Origin: Nitrosospira multiformis ATCC 25196
GTDB lineage: Bacteria; Pseudomonadota; Gammaproteobacteria; Burkholderiales; Nitrosomonadaceae
NCBI RefSeq assembly: GCF_000196355.1
Contig: NC_007616.1
Location: forward strand, 1 to 17,036
Direction of reading: 5' to 3'
Length of the DNA stretch: 17,036 bases
Position 1 is the first letter of the stretch; the number at the start of each line of letters is the position of its first letter. Below are positions 1-7,590 of this stretch, in pieces. Made by a program: the position numbers and the translations under genes. A model generated the notes under the pieces. It searched no databases. It was not told the DNA's origin and saw only the letters and a list, made by a program, of their open reading frames with translations.

Positions 1-256
1 CTCCCTCGTTTCGCAGTTTCTCGATCAGGGAAATCAGGAAGCTTAAGGATCGGCCCAAACGGTCCAGCTTCCAAACAACCAGAACATCCCCCTTCTCCAC
101 TGCCGCGATAGCCTGGGATAGTCCCTCCCGCTCGATGGTCGCTCCGCTGACGCCCTGATCGGTAAAAATCCGCTCGCACCCCACCCTGCTCAATGCATCC
201 ATTTGCAGGTCAAGGTTCTGGTCGTCCGTGGATACTCGGGCATAGCCTATTTTCAT
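1..256 (-). CDS. Serine recombinase (resolvase/invertase family), N-terminal catalytic part. It continues across the window junction into 16723..17036.
   Basis: Minus-strand ATG at 256-254, preceded by GGAGG 9 nt upstream. Translation is MKIGYARVSTDDQNLDLQMDALSRVGCERIFTDQGVSGATIEREGLSQAIAAVEKGDVLVVWKLDRLGRSLSFLISLIEKLRNEG. YARVST carries the catalytic Ser motif. The ORF runs off the window start with 1 leftover base. Confidence 0.9.
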   Translation of the reverse strand, partial: MKIGYARVSTDDQNLDLQMDALSRVGCERIFTDQGVSGATIEREGLSQAIAAVEKGDVLVVWKLDRLGRSLSFLISLIEKLRNEG

Positions 257-486
257 CCAGTTCAGCCTCCTATTTTTGCACCGCCCTTTTACACCACTTG
301 GAACATAAAAAAAACAATGGCTTGGCATTGTTCATTTTTCTGCGGCGAAAGGGACCCCTTTTGCCGCAAGAAATCTGGTAGAACTGATCTAGGAAGAAGG
401 TAAATCTGCTACTATTCGCGCGGCTTTGCCTGTGAGACAAGCTAACCCATTAGCTTCATATACCGCTAATGATCAAGCTAGAAATG

Positions 487-520
487 AAAACCCCGGCTCT
501 TGGCCGGGGTGGAATTTTTA
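487..520. terminator. Orphan GC hairpin flanked by A- and T-runs (bidirectional terminator-like)
   Basis: AAAA-CCCCGGC-tcttg-GCCGGGG-Tggaattttt. The 7-bp GC stem is followed by a T-run on the plus strand, and by TTTTCATTT when read on the minus strand. No annotated gene ends here. Confidence 0.4.
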
Positions 521-672
521 GGTCTTACATGATAGGTCGTAGACTTTCGTCCATTGGAGCCTATCACCAACCTTACAGAAATAATAAACCCAAAGTACTG
601 TACTTGTCAACCAAAATGAACCGAAATGGTGACAAGGCTAATAATAAATAGAGAGAGAGTAAGAGTATAAAA

Positions 673-1593
673 ATGCCAAAAACGCTTCGGTACCGCCCGA
701 TTCTGATCGACCAGCTTATTACGAATGAGCGGATCAATAGTTACCAAAGCGTCTTCCAACCTAGCAACGACATTGAATTAATGGGCGTCTATCTCTGGAA
801 TGCTCACGTCTGCGGTGTGATTTATCCCATAATCGGTATGGCTGAAATTACGCTGCGTAATGCCATTGATCAAGCACTCCAAGTGCACTTGGGAAATTTT
901 TGGTGGAGAAATTCTTCCCTTCGCTATCGTTCCTTCAAGCCCGGTGCATTACCGCCAAAAGCGGTACAAGCAGTACGCGACAATTTCAAGCGGGCTACAA
1001 ATAAGTTTATAACGACAAAACGTCACCGCTATAACATCACTGGACATGTCTCTCTAAACCATTCAGGCATAGTGGCCCAAACTGAATTTTCTACTTGGGA
1101 GTACATGCTGGATCACGAGTTCATGGGCAACAAACTGATCTGGCCCAGTCGCCTCGGTACCGTCTTTGCAGGTCCCTGGCCCAGTACTCATGCAGGTATC
1201 GTACTTACCCATGCGAGCGACCTTGTGTCGACCGTACGTGAGTTTCGCAACCGACTGTCTCATCATGAACCAGCTTGGAAGCGATTTGGTATTGTTAAGG
1301 AGGCAGATGCGCTCTTACATTTGCAGGAGAAAATTACAAAGATTGAAAATCTTATTGCCTTGATCCACCCAGAAAATATTAAGCTGATAGAAAGAAATGG
1401 GTTGCTCGAAATGGCCCGACGCGCTTGTACTTCCCAAGAAATCCGGCGCTTCCAGCATATGACCGAAACTTACAAAGTTAACTCGATGGATAAGCTTCAA
1501 ATACTAGTGGATCGTTGCAGAACAGAAAATAGTATTCTGCGTGCCGAGCTAGATTTGGGGGCACAGCAAATGTTCCTCATCAGTCCTTGTTAA
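673..1593 (+). CDS. Abi_2 (AbiD/AbiF-like) abortive-infection family protein
   Basis: 306-aa ORF with ATG start and AAGAG 7 nt upstream. Family-typical motifs: LMGVYLWNAHVCGVIYPIIGMAEITLRNAIDQAL (the YxWN...E[IV]xLRN block) and a late FRNRLSHHEP (RNRxAHHEP-like) block. Confidence 0.7.
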   Translation: MPKTLRYRPILIDQLITNERINSYQSVFQPSNDIELMGVYLWNAHVCGVIYPIIGMAEITLRNAIDQALQVHLGNFWWRNSSLRYRSFKPGALPPKAVQAVRDNFKRATNKFITTKRHRYNITGHVSLNHSGIVAQTEFSTWEYMLDHEFMGNKLIWPSRLGTVFAGPWPSTHAGIVLTHASDLVSTVREFRNRLSHHEPAWKRFGIVKEADALLHLQEKITKIENLIALIHPENIKLIERNGLLEMARRACTSQEIRRFQHMTETYKVNSMDKLQILVDRCRTENSILRAELDLGAQQMFLISPC

Positions 1594-1652
1594 TCCAAAT
1601 AGGCCTAGGGGATAAGCTCTAAGTACGCAATAAAAAGCTCATCCTGTCCAAT

Positions 1653-2528
1653 TCACCCTTGGGCTCTATTTTCGAAGAATGTAAATGCATCCCAGTCTTT
1701 TTCCTCAGCTTGCTCAACCATCCCCGCATATGGGAACCGGACTAGAAAAATGGCCAAGTCGAAATGATCAGAAATTATTACAAATTCCTCAGCTTCTAAT
1801 TCTGGATGCCAAACACCAGGAGGAACCCGAGAACCTTGATTTCGTCGGTTGATATCAGCGGCACTGTTCAGCCGTCTAAGTGATGATTGAGGCACCGGTG
1901 TACCAGGGGGCAGATACGTACGAAGTAAACGGGCACGGCGGCTCGGGTAAGACCAGCAAATGAACCCATCACGCGCCATAGCGAGCAAGGCAGGTTGATC
2001 GGTAAGCTCAACCCATTTTAATGCAGTAGCTGTAAATGACGTTCCATAACGATTAGCGCAATGCCCCAACAAATCTAATGTGACAACCTGTCCTTCAATT
2101 TGACTTCTAAAATCCGTCGCAGGCATTAACAAATAAGAGGCAAATTTATTTGCCTCTGATTCAAATTTTCTGGACTCTGGGCTTTCATAATCTAGCATTT
2201 CCGCCTGGCCACACTGGAAGCCTTCCTCTCTGATCTTGCGATGCAAGAGATAATGCCCAAACTCATGCCCAAGGGTGAAATTAATTCTTCCGGGGACAGT
2301 GATGGTCTCATCATATGAAATGCACCAGTCTCCCCTCTTACGCTTTGACAGTATTCCATCGATACCCTGAATACCGTGTGCCCTAACAAGCCCTACAGGG
2401 TCAGAAAATCTAGTCTTGGTTACCTCGAGGGCAATTTCCTTCACATCAACAGGAAAACCTTGCCCACATACCATCCAAAGACTGGCGAACTGATTAGCCC
2501 AAGCAGCAGGCGTTGTAGGATCACTCAT
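1653..2528 (-). CDS. ImmA/IrrE-family zinc metallopeptidase (COG2856-like) with an extra C-terminal region of about 130 aa
   Basis: 291-aa ORF. It has the HEXXH motif LGHEFGHYLLH followed by E..ANKFASYLLMP and a CANRYGTSFTATALKW helix, which are typical of ImmA/IrrE. Its start overlaps the stop of the upstream XRE gene by 8 nt (ATGAGTGA). Confidence 0.8.
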   Translation of the reverse strand: MSDPTTPAAWANQFASLWMVCGQGFPVDVKEIALEVTKTRFSDPVGLVRAHGIQGIDGILSKRKRGDWCISYDETITVPGRINFTLGHEFGHYLLHRKIREEGFQCGQAEMLDYESPESRKFESEANKFASYLLMPATDFRSQIEGQVVTLDLLGHCANRYGTSFTATALKWVELTDQPALLAMARDGFICWSYPSRRARLLRTYLPPGTPVPQSSLRRLNSAADINRRNQGSRVPPGVWHPELEAEEFVIISDHFDLAIFLVRFPYAGMVEQAEEKDWDAFTFFENRAQG

Positions 2529-2841
2529 CGTCTATCGCTTTTAAGAATTTTTCTAGCTGCGCCCGTTTTGCGGGATCGAGCTGGGTGATCCTACGGAAAA
2601 AAACCTGATCAGCATCTGACGGAGTCAGCTCGTGTTTTGCATCATCCAAAAGAAACTCTACAGGAACTCCAAACACCTCCGAAATTTTGGAAATTTTTTC
2701 GGCTGAGGGCCTTACAACGGGCCGGTTTTCCAACTCCCAGATGTAGCTCTTACTTGAACCTGTTTTTTCCGCAAGTTCCTCAAGCGTTAGTTTCAAACGC
2801 TTCCTTTCAGTACGAATTTTCTCCCCTAGCAATGAAGCCAT
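2521..2841 (-). CDS. XRE-family helix-turn-helix transcriptional regulator
   Basis: Translation is MASLLGEKIRTERKRLKLTLEELAEKTGSSKSYIWELENRP, a classic Cro/C1 HTH. I prefer the ATG at 2841 because GGAGGGTTAGGAG lies directly upstream. The track ORF extends to 2898 with no RBS. Confidence 0.8.
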   Translation of the reverse strand: MASLLGEKIRTERKRLKLTLEELAEKTGSSKSYIWELENRPVVRPSAEKISKISEVFGVPVEFLLDDAKHELTPSDADQVFFRRITQLDPAKRAQLEKFLKAIDDE

Positions 2842-2891
2842 CACTCCTAACCCTCCAATAAATAAGTTCAGAGTAGACGTATTTTTTTTAT

Positions 2892-2923
2892 TTGGCAACA
2901 GGAATTCTATATGTTAATATAAT
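2892..2923 (+). promoter_or_regulatory. Candidate sigma70-type promoter for the yjzC-like/DUF3892 cassette, in the divergent intergenic region shared with the XRE gene
   Basis: TTGGCA (2892-2897), a 17-nt spacer, then TAATAT (2915-2920). An overlapping TATAAT sits at 2918-2923. TTGGCAA read on the other strand gives TTGCCA as a possible -35 for the XRE gene. Motif match only. Confidence 0.3.
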
Positions 2924-2991
2924 TTGTAAGTCTATACCGAACTTTTCGGGAAGAGGCGATTCCTTCAAAACCTCTATAAGGAGAAAAAAAT

Positions 2992-3171
2992 ATGGGTATG
3001 AAACCTGGAAGTAGTACTGGTAATGGCGGTGGGATTTTTCAACAGGTAGGTCCTAAAGGAGGCAAGCAGCCTAACTTTGCGACTGTCCCAGATCACAAAC
3101 CCCTCCCCCCTACCACAAAGCCTGGCCACACCTGGGTACCGGTACAAACCACTCCAGATAGCAAGCGATAA
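2992..3171 (+). CDS. Small YjzC-like protein (59 aa), function unknown
   Basis: It falls below the 60-aa cut-off of the ORF track. AAGGAG lies 8 nt upstream of the ATG. Translation is MGMKPGSSTGNGGGIFQQVGPKGGKQPNFATVPDHKPLPPTTKPGHTWVPVQTTPDSKR. The KPG...G.F..VGPKGG...LPPT..PGH.W pattern resembles YjzC-family proteins, recalled from memory. Confidence 0.5.
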   Translation: MGMKPGSSTGNGGGIFQQVGPKGGKQPNFATVPDHKPLPPTTKPGHTWVPVQTTPDSKR

Positions 3172-3205
3172 AAGCTTCTTCCACTTTCGAAAGGAAACTA
3201 ACTAT

Positions 3206-3430
3206 ATGCCTGATGTTCAAGTTACCTGCATTATCAAACCACATCCCCAAAGCCCACACGAATATATTACCCATCTTGGAAATGGCAGGACGTGGTTATG
3301 GACGCGTGAGCAAGTTATTGACAGCATTGATGCGAAAACAAATACGTTCTACGTGCTTGATCCAAGCAATTCCAAGCGGTCTAACGTGGGAGTGGTTCGA
3401 GAAAATGGTAAAGCACCATATTTACGGTGA
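3206..3430 (+). CDS. DUF3892-like protein, 3'-truncated by IS insertion (disrupted gene)
   Basis: ATG at 3206. Translation is MPDVQVTCIIKPHPQSPHEYITHLGNGRTWLWTREQVIDSIDAKTNTFYVLDPSNSKRSNVGVVRENGKAPYLR. The TGA stop at 3428-3430 is supplied by the first three bases of the IS. The track ORF starting at 3077 is an upstream read-through extension. Confidence 0.7.
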   Translation: MPDVQVTCIIKPHPQSPHEYITHLGNGRTWLWTREQVIDSIDAKTNTFYVLDPSNSKRSNVGVVRENGKAPYLR

Positions 3431-3475
3431 CCTGCTATTGATTTTTGTAGCCAGTTTCGAAGTGGGTCTTCCGGT

Positions 3476-4297
3476 TCAAACATTCTGGATTTGCAACCTT
3501 TGCAAGCCTGCCTGGGCTGGAGTTCGGTTGGCGAGCGCAGAATGCGGGCGCTCGTTGTTATAAAACTGCCGCCATTTCTCGATCAATACTTTCGCTTCCT
3601 GCCGTGTGATGAACCATTCGCGGTTGAGGCATTCATCACGCAATTTACCGTTGAAGCTTTCCACGAATCCATTCTGCCAAGGGCTGCCAGGCTTGATAAA
3701 GGCTGGCCCCACGTTATTGTCTCGCAGCCATGTCATTACTGCGGTTGCAGTAAATTCAGCGCCATTGTCCGAGCGAATAAAGGCAGGCTTTCCATAGATA
3801 CGCATCAGCCGTGACAGGGTCAGGATGACATCCTGGTTACGCAGCGATTTGCCGACTTCGATTGCAAGGCACTCACGCGTATGCTCATCCAGCACGCAAA
3901 GCAGCTTTAGCGTCTGCCCATTGGCCAGCCGGTCATGGACGAAATCATAAGTCCAGACACTGTTTGGTTTTGTTGCTCCAGGAAGGCGTATATCCGTCCC
4001 GCAGCGGCGTTTCCTGGGCCTGCGCCTGGGCAAGCTTAGTCCCAGCTTACCCCACAAGCGCCACACACGCCCCATACTCTGATCAGTCATGACAGCAATG
4101 CGCCGATACCCAAAACGGGGATAGCGGCTTGATGCTTCAATTATCCGTGTGGCAACAGCACGATCCTTAACGGGCTGCTTGACCTCATAACTGCCAATAC
4201 GACGGCTTACCCCGACAATTCGACACGCTGATCGCTGCGATAACCCCTTGCCCGTCAAAATTCCAAGCGCTTCGCGTCTGGCTGCCGGGGTTACCAT
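3476..4297 (-). CDS. IS3-family transposase OrfB (DDE/rve integrase domain), expressed as an OrfAB fusion by -1 frameshift
   Basis: 273-aa ORF. Motifs: WTYDFV...[13 protein letters not shown] (first D), IRSDNGAEF (second D), [12 protein letters not shown] (E), and a [10 protein letters not shown] tail. Confidence 0.9.
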   Translation of the reverse strand: MVTPAARREALGILTGKGLSQRSACRIVGVSRRIGSYEVKQPVKDRAVATRIIEASSRYPRFGYRRIAVMTDQSMGRVWRLWGKLGLSLPRRRPRKRRCGTDIRLPGATKPNSVWTYDFVHDRLANGQTLKLLCVLDEHTRECLAIEVGKSLRNQDVILTLSRLMRIYGKPAFIRSDNGAEFTATAVMTWLRDNNVGPAFIKPGSPWQNGFVESFNGKLRDECLNREWFITRQEAKVLIEKWRQFYNNERPHSALANRTPAQAGLQRLQIQNV

Positions 4298-4557
4298 TTT
4301 TTTGTGGCAATCTCCTTCAAACCCTCGATAGCCAGCATCTGCTCAGCAACAATCTTCTTCAGCTTCGCATTCTCCGACTCCAGATCCTTTAACCGGCGCG
4401 CATCCGATACCGTCATACCTCCAAACTTCGTGCGCCACCGGAAAAATGTCTGCTCCGTAATGTTGTGCTTGCGGCATACATCTCGGATAACCACCCCATC
4501 CGCTTCACCTTCCCTCAGTATCCCAATAATCTGCTCTTCACTGAATCGCTTCTTCAT
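4291..4557 (-). CDS. IS3-family transposase OrfA (HTH)
   Basis: Translation is [16 protein letters not shown]...[34 protein letters not shown] (HTH plus leucine zipper). GGAGG lies 5 nt upstream of the ATG at 4557. The track ORF start at 4593 has no RBS. Confidence 0.85.
   Translation of the reverse strand: MKKRFSEEQIIGILREGEADGVVIRDVCRKHNITEQTFFRWRTKFGGMTVSDARRLKDLESENAKLKKIVAEQMLAIEGLKEIATKKW
4297..4303 (-). other. Programmed -1 ribosomal frameshift heptamer A AAA AAA joining orfA to orfB
   Basis: Minus-strand ACA AAA AAA TGG TAA in the orfA frame. A -1 slip reads ATG GTA ACC..., which is MVTPAARRE, the start of OrfB. Confidence 0.75.
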
Positions 4558-4626
4558 TTTCGCCTCCATGTCAAAATTAACATGAAGACTCACTTAGAGG
4601 GTGGTCACAAAATTCTTAGCAGATCA

Positions 4627-4690
4627 ACGGACCTATGCAGACGGTTACTGGAATAACAATTTGTTATCGCTAGACCAGTGCCCAATTTAA
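4627..4690 (+). pseudogene. Displaced 3' end of the DUF3892 gene (duplicated ACGG plus 19 codons and stop)
   Basis: After removing the IS and one ACGG copy, the frame continues CGG ACC TAT GCA GAC GGT TAC TGG AAT AAC AAT TTG TTA TCG CTA GAC CAG TGC CCA ATT TAA. This reads ...YLRTYADGYWNNNLLSLDQCPI*, a typical DUF3892 C-terminus. Confidence 0.75.
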
Positions 4691-5107
4691 GCAATACCTA
4701 AACAACCAAAATCACCCGTCGTGTATGACCATGACTGGTGATGCGCTTTTCATGGTCTGGTCTCCTTTTAGGGCTGGGTGCTGTGCTCATGCACATGCAC
4801 CGATGCCCGTCGGCGAGACCGGGGGTAGAAGAGCGCAAGGGCGGACGGCAGGGAGGGGGATCACCCGGCCTGCACAAGCGTAGTGCGGAAGGCCGGGGAC
4901 ACCCTGCCGGCAGGCGCAGCTTTACCCTTGTGCGACGCGAGGGGCAGCGCCCCTTAGAAAGCTTTTAAGAAAACAGAAACAGCGTGGGCCGCAGGCAGAC
5001 GTTGCCATTGATATTGCAAAAGGGATCGTTACCGGATGGCCGGGACTACAGGCCCGGGACGAAGCGTCTAGAGCCCGGCCCGCTGACAGAATGTGAGCGG
5101 GCTGCCC

Positions 5108-6079
5108 CTATTTAGATGCTTTGCTATTTTCAGTCTGTTGGTACGGACCAAGAAATCGTATGCCATTGAAGTGAATCAGATGCGAAGGAGCATCTGCAAC
5201 CCATACTTCGGTCTCCCATGCGATCTCACCTAAATAACGACCCATTATGGAACGATTTGGAAAAGCAGTTACGTAGACAAGACCAGCCTTCGAACCGGCA
5301 AACAACTTGGACAGCTCTGCATGTCGCTTGCCATCGACAGGACCATGGCTGGTTACGGACTCGACGAGCAACAACCAATTGCGCTCAGTGAAGTGCAAAA
5401 CCACATCCGGCATCTTGCCATGCGAGTCCACGCTGACCCCTAACTCAGCAAGAAGTGGGGCATCAAAATACCCCCACTTCTCCCCTGTATCACCGGCATA
5501 GACAAGCACGCTACCAGGTGCAAAGCGCGGTGCGAAGTCCTCAATAATTTTCCGGATGAGCTCGCTGTGTTCACCAGGACTGAGCGTAATTTTCTTACCT
5601 GGCGCAATCTCAACCGGAATCCTATTTTGCTCTCTCTCCATTGCATACTTCTCGGCCAATGACTGTCGCTTTGAAAGATAGGTCATTAGATTGTCATGCC
5701 ACATATCGGTACCAAAGCTCCGAAGCAAAACGAGTGCCTCTGGCTCGATCTGATAAACCGCTTTTGGGCTGTTGACGGGCCGTAAAGGATTGTCTGGGTT
5801 GTAAAGCGCGATTCCCGCATCTACAAACTGGTGCATAGTCTGTCTTCTTACAGTCTCACGGGTGTTAGGAGCATAGTCCTTTCTATAGTGCTCACGCGCC
5901 CAATCCATGATCGGCGTAATACCCATAAGTGGGTTTTGTACCTCATTCCAGGACTTTTCTGGTGTTAAGTTGAGCAAGGCTAGAAGGCACAGGGCTGAGC
6001 GTTCATTTTGTTGAGCTCGGGGAAGGCCTAAGGCAAGGATGATGTTTTGAGCATCTTCGAGGTGGTTACCATTCGTCAT
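5108..6079 (-). CDS. Type II restriction endonuclease, BsuBI/PstI family
   Basis: Family-typical blocks: QQNERSALCLLAL, YAPNTRETVRRQTMHQF, NPDNPLRPVNSPK, MPDVVLHF...WLLLVESVTSHGPVDGKRHAEL, IAWETEVWVA, HLIHFNGIRFLGPY. The ATG at 6079 overlaps the methylase TGA (ATGA). The track start at 6085 is a TTG. Confidence 0.8.
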   Translation of the reverse strand: MTNGNHLEDAQNIILALGLPRAQQNERSALCLLALLNLTPEKSWNEVQNPLMGITPIMDWAREHYRKDYAPNTRETVRRQTMHQFVDAGIALYNPDNPLRPVNSPKAVYQIEPEALVLLRSFGTDMWHDNLMTYLSKRQSLAEKYAMEREQNRIPVEIAPGKKITLSPGEHSELIRKIIEDFAPRFAPGSVLVYAGDTGEKWGYFDAPLLAELGVSVDSHGKMPDVVLHFTERNWLLLVESVTSHGPVDGKRHAELSKLFAGSKAGLVYVTAFPNRSIMGRYLGEIAWETEVWVADAPSHLIHFNGIRFLGPYQQTENSKASK

Positions 6080-7590
6080 GAACAAAGCTTTTCTAGTTGT
6101 TCATCAATCTGATCCTGCGAAAGCTCAAAGCGGCCAGCAGCCCACTTCCCTAGAGAAACGAGAGCTGCCCGACTTGGATACTTCATGACCCTGAGGTCAG
6201 TTGCATTGACTTGAGTGTGTCCATTGAAGCGACGGAAGTATTCATCAACGGCAGTTGTATTAAGGAAGACAGACAGGCCTCGTGCCAATTCTGCTGGCAA
6301 TCCTTGGCGCCCCTTGTGAAAAACGTTGAGATGGTTTTCAAAGCCGATAGCCGTAACGTCACCAAAGGTGGATGGATCGACCATACTTGCGACAATACGA
6401 CGCCGCTCCTCTTTCGAGGAAAAACGACGAACAACGCAATAGAACCCATTTGGGTACAACCATCGCTCGGTGTCTTTGTTTAGTGCAATCGCATTGGGTT
6501 TCCTGAGTCCTTGTTTAGGCCACTCAGTACCTGTGCCGGAGAAATGTCCAGGGTAGAGAAGTGGAACAGAACCAGCTTCTGGCATATCAAGTAGGTAATC
6601 CTTCATGCGGAAGTCAACCACTGGACCAGTCGATACCTCGACTCCGATATCCGCTAGGCTATAGCGAACAGCGGGAGACAATTCGATTGCACTCAGGCCA
6701 ATCGATGTAGGAATGTGAATGAAGCGCTCGGGATCGTCAGGAAAGACGATACGTTCGAAGTTATGTGTGTTGGTTTCGAGGTCTGAAAACGTATCATCGG
6801 TCGATGTTGAGATAGTAACTGTGCTTTGCTTGCCTCCACGTTCTAACAGGAGAATGACGTTCTCCTGCAAAACATCATCCTCCTTAAAAGCTTTACTTCT
6901 TGATGAGAACAGATGCATATGGCGCAGAGCCGCACGGCTTAAAATGAAATCTCGAAAAGGTTTGTAATAGGGGCCATTGCAAAAGCTGCGAGGAATGATC
7001 GCTACTACTTGGCCACCAGCTGCCATCAAAGCAACAGTGAGAGCGACGAAGGCCGAGTAAAGGTTAACCACCTCAATGCCGACTGACCTCAGGGCATGGC
7101 GGTGTGAGGAGGCGCTGTTAATTTTCCTGTAAGGCGGATTGAGGATTGCGTGCGTGAAACCTGGGTAATCCTGCAGACTTTTGCTGGTAACCAGCTTAAT
7201 AAAATCTCCCTTTATCACGCGATAAGAAAAAGACTGATCAGCTGCGTACCTATGCAGTGCCGCTTCAAGATGAACACGTAACTTTGGGTCAATTTCATAG
7301 GCTGTGGCCTCGACTTGGTCGAAGGTAAACTTCCCTGCTGTCCAGCGGTCAAGGAAGGCGCATGACAGAGCCCCCACCCCCGCTCCAGCATCAAGAAGCC
7401 GACAAGTCTGCAGGGTTGACGGAGGAAACAGGCTCGCCATAAACCGAGCAACCGAGGATGGGGTCATAAATTGGCCTAACTCAGACTTGTGCTTCTGGCT
7501 TATCTTCGGCGCGATAGAGCGGCGTAGAGTATCAGCGTGGTCAAGCACTTGCAAAGTTGCCGGGACTTCGAGTGTATCAGTGTAGGCCAT
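6076..7590 (-). CDS. N6-adenine DNA methyltransferase, Eco57I/PstI-BsuBI-type (gamma-class motif order)
   Basis: 504 aa. The AdoMet motif LLDAGAGVGAL precedes the catalytic ILNPPYRKI (NPPY). The size and the partner gene match M.PstI/M.BsuBI-type enzymes. Confidence 0.85.
   Translation of the reverse strand: MAYTDTLEVPATLQVLDHADTLRRSIAPKISQKHKSELGQFMTPSSVARFMASLFPPSTLQTCRLLDAGAGVGALSCAFLDRWTAGKFTFDQVEATAYEIDPKLRVHLEAALHRYAADQSFSYRVIKGDFIKLVTSKSLQDYPGFTHAILNPPYRKINSASSHRHALRSVGIEVVNLYSAFVALTVALMAAGGQVVAIIPRSFCNGPYYKPFRDFILSRAALRHMHLFSSRSKAFKEDDVLQENVILLLERGGKQSTVTISTSTDDTFSDLETNTHNFERIVFPDDPERFIHIPTSIGLSAIELSPAVRYSLADIGVEVSTGPVVDFRMKDYLLDMPEAGSVPLLYPGHFSGTGTEWPKQGLRKPNAIALNKDTERWLYPNGFYCVVRRFSSKEERRRIVASMVDPSTFGDVTAIGFENHLNVFHKGRQGLPAELARGLSVFLNTTAVDEYFRRFNGHTQVNATDLRVMKYPSRAALVSLGKWAAGRFELSQDQIDEQLEKLCS

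Larger units (their letters stand above)
3428..4626 (-). mobile_element. IS3-family insertion sequence (IS407-group-like), 1199 bp, apparently intact
   Basis: Imperfect terminal inverted repeats with TG...CA ends: TGACCTGCTATTGATTTTTGTAGCCA at 3428 versus the reverse complement of the 4626 end, TGATCTGCTAAGAATTTTGTGACCA. A 4-bp direct repeat ACGG flanks it at 3424-3427 and 4627-4630. It has orfA/orfB with an A7 slippery site. Confidence 0.9.

Noticed and set aside
469-651. 60-aa ORF in the resolvase-abi intergenic region
   Set aside because: It reads straight through the terminator-like GC hairpin, has no RBS, and gives a basic low-complexity translation.
3213-3563. 116-aa ORF crossing from the DUF3892 gene into the IS
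   Set aside because: It is out of frame with DUF3892 and crosses the IS terminal repeat, so it is an artefact of the insertion junction.
4712-4753. Minus-strand mini-ORF MKSASPVMVIHDG with a perfect AAGGAG 8 nt upstream
   Set aside because: It is only 13 codons long and runs into the antisense of the DUF3892 3' remnant. It may be the stump of a lost gene or a leader peptide, but there is no evidence beyond the RBS.
4738-4968. 76-aa plus-strand ORF in the GC-rich spacer
   Set aside because: It is an Arg/Gly/Pro-rich low-complexity translation typical of random open frames in GC-rich DNA. It has no RBS and no recognisable motif, and it spans several strong hairpins.
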